Shown here piece by piece: positions 8,558-15,852 of a stretch of 64,000 bases of DNA. Origin of the DNA: Pseudomonadota bacterium. GTDB taxonomy: Bacteria > Myxococcota > JACRCW01 > JAFGSX01. Numbering within the stretch: the first letter of the stretch is position 1; each line of letters starts with the position of its first letter. A program made the position numbers and the translations under genes. The DNA lies in NCBI GenBank assembly GCA_043821645.1, contig JBDRCO010000087.1, forward strand, positions 276,552-340,551, read 5' to 3'. Under the pieces are notes generated by a model. The model saw nothing but the letters and a program-made list of their open reading frames with translations, was not told where the DNA came from and did not search any database.

Positions 8558-10222
8558 GTGGTGACGGCACAGCGATCACGAGCCCTGGAACTGGCGGCGG
8601 TGGGCCTGGGGCAGGCCGGTGGCAACCTGGCGTCGGAGTTCTGGCGCCTGGGCTACCGCGCTGTGGCCCTCAACACCGCGCGGGTGGACCTGCGCTCCCT
8701 GGACCAGGCCGAGAGCACGATCCCGTCGACCCAGCGCCTGTACATCGGCCTCGACGATCTGGACGGTGCGGGTAAGGATCCGGCATACGGTCGAGCCTGC
8801 GTCGAGGAGCATGCCGACGCCATCCGCGAGCTGGTCAAGCGCGAGCTGGATAACTGCGACGCGGTCTTCCTGTGCGCCGGCCTGGGCGGAGGCACAGGGT
8901 CCTGCCTCGCCGAGCTGTGCCAGGTGCTGGCGCCCCTGGAGTTCCCCCTGGCGGCCCTGTGTACCCTGCCCAGCCAGGCCGAGAGTGGCATCGTCAAGGT
9001 CAACGCGGTGCGCGCGGCGAGCAGCCTGGTCGAGCTGCCCCTGCTGGCGCGGATCGTCGTCGACAACCAGCGCATCGTCGAGGCCCATGGTGAACTCGAC
9101 CTGATGAACTACTATCCGCAGATCAACCGCGACATCGTGGCGCCGCTGCACGAGCTCAACCAGCTCAACAGCATCGAGGATCTGCACAGCCTGCGTTCCT
9201 TTGACGGCGAGGACCTGCGCAAGGTGCTGCTGTCCGGCGGCGTGGTGGTCGTGGGCAGCGAGATACTGGACATGAGCGGCCCGCCCATCACCGCCCAGGA
9301 GATGGAGCGCAGCGTGCGTCGGCTCCTCGACGGTGGCACCCTGCTGGCCGTGGGCCTGCCCCTGGACAAGGTGGCTTACCTGGGTGTGGTGCTGCTGGCG
9401 CCCGAGCGCTTTCTCAAGCAGACCCCGGCCCGGGACCTCGAGGAACTCAGCGAGCAGCTCAAGCAGCAGACCGGCGGCGGCGCCGTGTACCCCGGCCTGT
9501 ACGTGTCCGAGGCCGAGAAACCCGTGTTGCACCTCGTGGCGGGCAGCCTGACCCTACCCGAGCGCGTGCGCAGCCTGCTCGTGACGGCCAAGGCCGAGGG
9601 CCATCTGCTGGCCGACAAGATTCGCGAAGAGATCCCCCCTCTAGATGTGGGAGATCTATCAAAAATACAATTATATCGAGTACCTCCACCGAAGCGTCGA
9701 GGTTCAGTGCCGCCTGCCAGCGGGCCCGTGCGCTCGACTCCAGCACGTCCGGCTCGAGGTGCTGCGGCCAAGCCCAGGCTCGAGGATCTTTCTCCCGTGC
9801 TGTCGGCACGGGTGGAGTTGCCGGTCGCGGATCTGGAAGAGATCCTGGACGCGCCACCCCACACGATGGAGTCAGCCGAGCCCGCTCCGGCGCCCCCCAA
9901 GCGCGAGGTCACCCACGTCGGGGCCGAGCCCAAGCGGCCCAGCAGCGACGAGCCGCCCGACGACCTGCAGGCCTACTACGGTGAACTCATTGACCGTTTT
10001 CGGGGGGCCCCGGGCCGCAAGGAGCGCGAGGAGGTGGCGCGGCGATTGATCCGCGACGCCCGCTCCGTGGATGTCGACGTGCGCGCTCACGCAGTGTGGG
10101 CCATGGTCAGCCTGGGTGGCCGTGGCTTCAAAGCAGCGCTGCAGCAGGCGGTCCAGGACGAGGACGAGGAGGTCCGCAACCTGGCCCAGGACGGTCTGCG
10201 CCGACTGGGGAACGCGAGCTGA
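8558..10222 (+). CDS. Tubulin/FtsZ-superfamily GTPase (non-FtsZ, TubZ/CetZ-like) with Pro-rich linker and C-terminal HEAT repeats
   Basis: VGLGQAGGN, ALNTARVDL, GAGKDPAYG, AGLGGGTGS, VVDN, FDGEDL; C-terminal DVDVRAHAVWAM..DEDEEVRNLAQDGL; start may be the GTG at 8561. Confidence 0.85.
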   Translation: MVTAQRSRALELAAVGLGQAGGNLASEFWRLGYRAVALNTARVDLRSLDQAESTIPSTQRLYIGLDDLDGAGKDPAYGRACVEEHADAIRELVKRELDNCDAVFLCAGLGGGTGSCLAELCQVLAPLEFPLAALCTLPSQAESGIVKVNAVRAASSLVELPLLARIVVDNQRIVEAHGELDLMNYYPQINRDIVAPLHELNQLNSIEDLHSLRSFDGEDLRKVLLSGGVVVVGSEILDMSGPPITAQEMERSVRRLLDGGTLLAVGLPLDKVAYLGVVLLAPERFLKQTPARDLEELSEQLKQQTGGGAVYPGLYVSEAEKPVLHLVAGSLTLPERVRSLLVTAKAEGHLLADKIREEIPPLDVGDLSKIQLYRVPPPKRRGSVPPASGPVRSTPARPARGAAAKPRLEDLSPVLSARVELPVADLEEILDAPPHTMESAEPAPAPPKREVTHVGAEPKRPSSDEPPDDLQAYYGELIDRFRGAPGRKEREEVARRLIRDARSVDVDVRAHAVWAMVSLGGRGFKAALQQAVQDEDEEVRNLAQDGLRRLGNAS

Positions 10223-10229
10223 TCTTCTC

Positions 10230-10345
10230 AGGGCGGTCGGCCCGCCCCTGTGCTGGCCGGCACGGGTCCGGCCAGCATTCACCGTGGCAGCAACGGCGTT
10301 GCCCCCGGGTGGCAAAAAGGTCCGGTCGGCATTCACCCTGGCAGC
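10230..10345 (+). repeat. Two-hairpin dispersed repeat, copy 1 plus a partial tandem copy
   Basis: GGGCGG-TCGGC-CCGCCC, TGCTGGCCGG-N7-CCGGCCAGCA, TTCACCGTGGCAGC; the 3' half recurs at 10319-10345. Confidence 0.8.
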
Positions 10346-10420
10346 CGAGACCTCCACTCTCCTTGACAAAGCCGGATGCTTTTGCTGTGTTGCGCCCTTC
10401 CGCGATCCCGGGAGATGCAG

Positions 10421-10786
10421 ATGAACGTCGTCGACAAGATCACCCAGAGCCATTCCCGCACTGATCACCCGGCTTTCCGCACCGGTGATACCCTGCGCGT
10501 CCACTTCAAGATTCGCGAAGGCGACAAGGAGCGCGTGCAGGTCTTCGAGGGCGTCTGCATCGGCCGTCGTGGCCGTTCCGGCGTCGAGAGTATCACGGTC
10601 CGCAAGACCTCCTTTGGTGTGGGCGTCGAGCGCATCTTCCCCCTGGCCAGCCCCCGCATCGACAAGATCGAGGTCGCGGCTCGCGGTATCGTGTGCCGCG
10701 CCAAGCTGTACTACCTGCGCGGCCGTACCGGCAAGGCGGCCCGCATCCGCGAGCGCATCCAGGCCCGGCCCGTCAAGGGCGCCTGA
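10421..10786 (+). CDS. rplS: 50S ribosomal protein L19
   Basis: [45 protein letters not shown]. Confidence 0.97.
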   Translation: MNVVDKITQSHSRTDHPAFRTGDTLRVHFKIREGDKERVQVFEGVCIGRRGRSGVESITVRKTSFGVGVERIFPLASPRIDKIEVAARGIVCRAKLYYLRGRTGKAARIRERIQARPVKGA

Positions 10787-10872
10787 GCCCTCATCCTCCC
10801 TCGCCCTGTCCCATCCGGCCTCTCCAGAAGAAGCGCTGTGCGCAGATCTCGAGCTGTGCCTGCCGATGATCG

Positions 10873-10901
10873 TTGACACATGCGCGCCTCGGCACTAAGA
10901 C
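10873..10901 (+). promoter_or_regulatory. Putative sigma70 promoter of gdhA
   Basis: TTGACA-N17-TAAGAC in the rplS-gdhA gap. Confidence 0.45.
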
Positions 10902-11137
10902 CCTGGACCGTCGCTGACGTCGACGAGCGCGTGCGCGCGCCTCGTCGGAGCCCAGATGGCGCTGCGTCCGACAATCGGCCCGGCTGCACCTCCCTCGCAT
11001 TCGCGTCACTGTGTCCCGTGGCTGTTCGCGTCGTTCAGGGCGCCCGGCCCTGGGGGGACCACCTCAACCTGGGGCACCGGCGGTAACCACGCCGGCCCCC
11101 GCGCGGCGCGCTGACACGGTCGGTCGTCGCTCCAAGG

Positions 11138-12481
11138 ATGCCCATGTACAACCTCGACAAGTTCATGACCGAGCTGGAGCAGCGCAACCCGTCGCAGCCC
11201 GAGTTCATCCAGGCCGCGCGCGAGGTCGTCGAGTCCATCATCGACGTGGTCAACCAGAACCCGGCCTACGTCGGCGGGCGCATCCTCGACCGCATCACCG
11301 AGCCTGACCGCGCCATCCTGTTCAAGGTGGAGTGGGAAGACGACAAGGGCGAGCTCCACGTCAACAAGGCCTACCGCGTGCAGTTCAACAACGCCCTGGG
11401 GCCCTACAAGGGCGGTTTGCGCTTTCATCCCTCGGTGACCCTGGGCGGGCTCAAGTTCCTGGGCTTCGAGCAGATCTTCAAGAACAGCCTGACCACCCTG
11501 CCCATGGGCGGCGGCAAGGGCGGCAGTGACTTCAACCCCAAGGGCAAGAGCGACGCCGAGATCATGCGCTTTTGCAACAGCTTCATGCGCGAGCTGCACC
11601 GCTACATAGGCCCCGAGATCGACGTGCCCGCCGGCGACATCGGCGTGGGTGGTCGCGAGATCGGGTTCCTGTACGGCGCCTGGAAGCGCAACACCAGCAC
11701 CCACTGCGGCGTGCTCACCGGCAAGGGCATAGGCTGGGGCGGATCCCTGATCCGGCCCGAGGCCACGGGCTTTGGCGCAGTGTACTACGCCGAGGAGATG
11801 CTCAAGCAGGCCAAGGACAAGCTGGCCGGCAAGAAGATCGCCATCTCGGGCTTCGGCAACGTGAGCTGGGGTGTGGCCATCAAGGCCAGCCAGCTCGGTG
11901 CCAGGGTGGTCACCCTGAGCGGTCCCGACGGCTACGTGCTCGACGAAAATGGCGTGGGCACCGAGGAGAAGTGGAACTACATGCTGGAGCTGCGCGCCAG
12001 CAACAACGACGAGGTTGCGCCCTACGCCAAGAAGTTCGGCGCCACCTTCGTGCCCAGCAAGAAGCCCTGGGAGGTGCCGGTGGACATGGCCTTCCCCTGC
12101 GCCATCCAGAACGAGCTCGACGACAAGGACGCCGAGCTGCTGATCAAGAATGGCTGCAAGTACGCCATCGAGACCAGCAACATGGGCTGCACCGCCAAGG
12201 CGGTTACCGCCTTCCACAAGGCCCGCATCCTGTTCGCGCCAGGCAAGGCCGCCAACGCCGGAGGCGTCGCGGTGAGCGGCCTCGAGATGAGCCAGAACGG
12301 CATGAAGCTGGCCTGGACCGCCGACGAGGTGGACCAGAAGCTCAAGCACATCATGACCAGCATCCACGCCGCGGGCGTCCAGTACGGCCTGCAGAAGGAC
12401 GGCTACATCGACTACGTCAAGGGCTCCAACATCGCCGGCTTCATCAAGGTCGCCGACGCGATGCTGGACATGGGCTACTGA
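11138..12481 (+). CDS. gdhA: Glutamate dehydrogenase (GdhA type)
   Basis: GPYKGGLRFHPSV, FEQIFKNSLTTLPMGGGKGGSDF, DVPAGDIGVGGREIG, RPEATG, PGKAANAGGV. Confidence 0.96.
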   Translation: MPMYNLDKFMTELEQRNPSQPEFIQAAREVVESIIDVVNQNPAYVGGRILDRITEPDRAILFKVEWEDDKGELHVNKAYRVQFNNALGPYKGGLRFHPSVTLGGLKFLGFEQIFKNSLTTLPMGGGKGGSDFNPKGKSDAEIMRFCNSFMRELHRYIGPEIDVPAGDIGVGGREIGFLYGAWKRNTSTHCGVLTGKGIGWGGSLIRPEATGFGAVYYAEEMLKQAKDKLAGKKIAISGFGNVSWGVAIKASQLGARVVTLSGPDGYVLDENGVGTEEKWNYMLELRASNNDEVAPYAKKFGATFVPSKKPWEVPVDMAFPCAIQNELDDKDAELLIKNGCKYAIETSNMGCTAKAVTAFHKARILFAPGKAANAGGVAVSGLEMSQNGMKLAWTADEVDQKLKHIMTSIHAAGVQYGLQKDGYIDYVKGSNIAGFIKVADAMLDMGY

Positions 12482-12485
12482 TGCC

Positions 12486-12549
12486 GAGGGGCGTTCGGCA
12501 CGCCCCTCCCCCGCTGGAGTGAATCCAGCGGGGCCCCCACCCTGGCAGC
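12486..12549 (+). repeat. Two-hairpin dispersed repeat, copy 2
   Basis: GAGGGGCGT-TCGGC-ACGCCCCTC, CCCCGCTGGA-GTGAA-TCCAGCGGGG, CCCCCACCCTGGCAGC. Confidence 0.85.
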
Positions 12550-12683
12550 GCTATCAAGGACACCTCGCTCCCTGAGGTCGCTCAGTGCTGTCGTCATCGG
12601 GTGACGGGAGCACGGGATTCATTCATGCTAGCAAGATGCCGCGGTTTGCGGCACTCATCCTAGACACGGTTGGCGCTGACACC

Positions 12684-15674
12684 ATGGTCTCCTACAACCT
12701 CGCCTACGTCACGGACCGCTACTACTTTGACGACGAGCCCTTTGACTCGTTGATGCAGAACCGCATCATCGAGGTGCTGCTGATCTGCAGCCAGTATGAC
12801 CGCTTCATGCTCGAGGAGGATGGCCGCATCGAGGAGCAGCTGTTTCAGGAATACGTCTCGCTGGGCTTGCGCTACCCGCCGCGCTTCACCGACGCCGGCA
12901 CTCCCGAGGCCGCCTTCGAGCAGCTCGAGAAGCGCAAGTTTGACCTCGTCATCACCATGCTCAACGCCGGCGAGACCCAGGCCCTGGACCTGGGGCGTGA
13001 GATCAAGGACCGCTATCCCGACACCCCCATCGTGGTGCTGACCCGCTTCTCGCGCGATGTCTCGTTGCAGCTCGAGGAGCAGGACCTGAGCTTCGTGGAC
13101 TACGTGTTCAGCTGGCTCGGCAACGCCAGCATCCTGCTCGCCATCGTCAAGCTGCTCGAGGACAGGCTCAACGTCGAGCACGATGTGGACCTGGTGGGTG
13201 TGCAGACCATCATCCTGGTCGAGAACTCGGTTCGCTACTACTCGAGCTACCTGCCCACCATCTACCGCAGCCTGTTCTTGCAGGCGCGCGAGATCATGGC
13301 CGAGGGCCTCAACGAGCATCAGCAAACCCTGCGCATGCGCGGGCGCCCCAAGATCCTGCTCGCCACCGACTACGAGGAGGCGATCACCCTGTACCAGCGC
13401 TTCCGCAAGAACCTGCTGGGAGTGATCTCGGACATCGCCTATCACCGCGGCGGCGAGCTGGACCACCAGGCCGGCCTGGCCCTGTGCAGGCACATCCGTG
13501 CCACCGATCCCGAGTGCCCCATCCTGCTGCAGTCGTCGCAACCGCAGATGGCCGTCGAGGCCAGGCGCCACAACGCGGCGTTCATTTACAAGCATTCGAC
13601 CCACCTGCTCAACGACCTGCGCGACTACATCCGCAACAACTACGGCTTCGGCGACTTCGTGTTTCGCATGCCCGGGTCCATGGATGAGATCGACCGGGCC
13701 CGCAATCTGGTGGAGCTGCAGCGGAAGTTGCGGGTGGTGGCTTCCGAGTCGGTTCGCTACCACGTGTCCAATCACCACTTCAGCAAGTGGCTCAAGGCGC
13801 GAGCCCTGTACAGCCTGGCCCGGGTGGTGCGTCCCAAGACCATCCAGGACTTCGAGACCGTGGAGTCGGTGCGCGACTTCATCGTCGACACCATCAAGAA
13901 CTACCGCCTGCACGTCGGACGCGGCGTCATCGCCCAGTACGACCGCAACAAGTACGACGAGTACTCGGTGTTCCAGCGCATCGGCCGGGGTTCGCTGGGA
14001 GGCAAGGCCCGTGGCATCGCCTTCATCAACACCTTCCTCAAGCGCCAGCGCATCATGTTTCGCTTCGATCGGGTGGCAGTGCAGATCCCCAAGACCGTGG
14101 TCCTGGCCACCGACGTGTTCGAGCGCTTCATGGACATGAACGACCTGTACGAGCTGGCCCTGTCGGATCGCGACGACGCCGAGATCCTGCAGGCCTTTTT
14201 GAAGGCGCGGCTACCCGACGATGTCACCGATGACCTTCGCTTCATCACCCAGGTGATTCACAACCCCCTGGCCGTGCGCTCCTCGAGCCTTCTCGAGGAT
14301 TCGTACTTCCAACCCTTCGCGGGGATCTACGCCACCTACTTCGTGCCCAACACCAACCCCGACATCGAGGTGCGCCTGCGGCACCTGTCAGACGCCATCA
14401 AGGGGGTCTACGCCTCGACCTACTACCGGGACAGCAAGAGCTACGCCCAGGCGACCCATAACCTCGTCGACGAGGAGCAGATGGCCGTGATCATCCAGGA
14501 GGTCACGGGCAAGGTGCACGGTCCGCTGTTCTACCCCACGCTGTCGGGTGTGGCGCGCTCGCTCAACTTCTACCCGATGGAGCGCGAGCGTACCGACGAG
14601 GGCGTGGTCAACGTGGCTCTGGGTCTGGGCAAGACCATCGTCGACGGTGGCGTCAGTCTGCGCTTTTCACCCGCGCATCCGAAGAAGATCTTGCAGCTCA
14701 GCGATACCGACCTGGCTCTCAAGAGCACGCAGCAGCAGTTCTGGGCCATCAACCTCGACGACACGAACTACCAGGTCACGACCGATCAGGCGACCGGGCT
14801 CGCACACGTGGATGTCAAGGATGCTGCCGGGGAGACCTCGACCCAGCTTCTCTGGTCCACCTACGATTTCCAGAACCACGTGTTGCGCGATGCTCCCAGC
14901 TTGACGGGACGCAAGGTGCTGACCTTTGCTCCCATTCTCAAGTACGACATGTTCCCCCTGGCCGAGATCCTTCAAACCTTGCTCGACGTCGGTCAGCAGC
15001 AGATGAACGTGCCCGTCGAGATCGAGTTCGCGGTGGAGCTGGACCCACCGTCCGGCCTGCCGCTGGCGTTCAAGTTTTTGCAGATCCGACCCATCGTCGA
15101 GGGTCTCGAGAACGAGGTGGTCCGCCTCGACGGTGTGGCGGCGGAGGACTGCATCGTGCAGGCCCAGACTGCCCTGGGCAACGGGATCTACGACGACCTT
15201 CTCGATCTGGTGTACGTCAAACCAAGTGGTTTCAACCTGGCCCTGACCCCGCGCATCGTCGACAGTATCGAGATGGTCAACACGCAGATGGTGCAGGAGA
15301 AGCGCGGCTACGTGCTCATCGGTCCCGGGCGCTGGGGTTCGACCGATCCCTGGCTCGGGATCCCGGTGAAGTGGTCCAACATCACGCAAGCTCGCATCAT
15401 CATCGAGGCTGGCCTGAAGAGCTTCTGGGTCGAGCCGAGCCAGGGTTCCCACTTCTTCCAGAACCTGACCTCGTTCAGGGTGGCTTCGCTGACCATCAAC
15501 CCGGCCTTCAACGATGGCAGCTACGATCTGGAATACCTCGACGCGCAGCCTGCCCTGTTCGAGGACGAATTCGTGCGCCACCTGCGCTTTGACTCGCCGA
15601 TGCTGGCGAAGGTCGACGGGCGCCAAGGCTCGGGGGGGATCAAGGCCGTGCTGCTCAAGCCCGGTCGGGGATGA
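12684..15674 (+). CDS. Tandem receiver-like domains fused to a PEP synthase/PPDK N-terminal nucleotide-binding domain
   Basis: REC-like segments (FDLVITM; IILVENS..LLGVISD); GSLGGKARGI, PLAVRSSSLLED..FAGIY, MAVIIQEV, EIEFA, LQIRP; C-terminal IGPGRWGS and PSQGSHFFQN; start uncertain. Confidence 0.85.
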   Translation: MVSYNLAYVTDRYYFDDEPFDSLMQNRIIEVLLICSQYDRFMLEEDGRIEEQLFQEYVSLGLRYPPRFTDAGTPEAAFEQLEKRKFDLVITMLNAGETQALDLGREIKDRYPDTPIVVLTRFSRDVSLQLEEQDLSFVDYVFSWLGNASILLAIVKLLEDRLNVEHDVDLVGVQTIILVENSVRYYSSYLPTIYRSLFLQAREIMAEGLNEHQQTLRMRGRPKILLATDYEEAITLYQRFRKNLLGVISDIAYHRGGELDHQAGLALCRHIRATDPECPILLQSSQPQMAVEARRHNAAFIYKHSTHLLNDLRDYIRNNYGFGDFVFRMPGSMDEIDRARNLVELQRKLRVVASESVRYHVSNHHFSKWLKARALYSLARVVRPKTIQDFETVESVRDFIVDTIKNYRLHVGRGVIAQYDRNKYDEYSVFQRIGRGSLGGKARGIAFINTFLKRQRIMFRFDRVAVQIPKTVVLATDVFERFMDMNDLYELALSDRDDAEILQAFLKARLPDDVTDDLRFITQVIHNPLAVRSSSLLEDSYFQPFAGIYATYFVPNTNPDIEVRLRHLSDAIKGVYASTYYRDSKSYAQATHNLVDEEQMAVIIQEVTGKVHGPLFYPTLSGVARSLNFYPMERERTDEGVVNVALGLGKTIVDGGVSLRFSPAHPKKILQLSDTDLALKSTQQQFWAINLDDTNYQVTTDQATGLAHVDVKDAAGETSTQLLWSTYDFQNHVLRDAPSLTGRKVLTFAPILKYDMFPLAEILQTLLDVGQQQMNVPVEIEFAVELDPPSGLPLAFKFLQIRPIVEGLENEVVRLDGVAAEDCIVQAQTALGNGIYDDLLDLVYVKPSGFNLALTPRIVDSIEMVNTQMVQEKRGYVLIGPGRWGSTDPWLGIPVKWSNITQARIIIEAGLKSFWVEPSQGSHFFQNLTSFRVASLTINPAFNDGSYDLEYLDAQPALFEDEFVRHLRFDSPMLAKVDGRQGSGGIKAVLLKPGRG

Positions 15675-15852
15675 GCGCCAGGCATGGCTGCCGCGCCGCC
15701 TCAGCCTGGAGCGAGGCTCTCTCGCTGCCGACGCTGGAGGGCTGTCATCCTGTGGCGGACGGACATCGCCTGCCTTGCCCGGAGGGCCGCCACGCGGTAG
15801 CGTAGAACGCCGTCCGACGACACGAAACGCACCTCGCCGGGGAAGCGCAGAG

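Noticed and set aside
8558-10222. Calling the gene ftsZ
   Set aside because: T1 and T7 loops differ from FtsZ, there is no FtsZ C-terminal peptide and no dcw context
12486-12549. Repeat copies as intrinsic terminators
   Set aside because: No U-tract follows the hairpins, and two copies lie inside the atp operon
12684-15674. Calling the gene ppsA
   Set aside because: Lacks the canonical phospho-His motif and the PEP-binding domain
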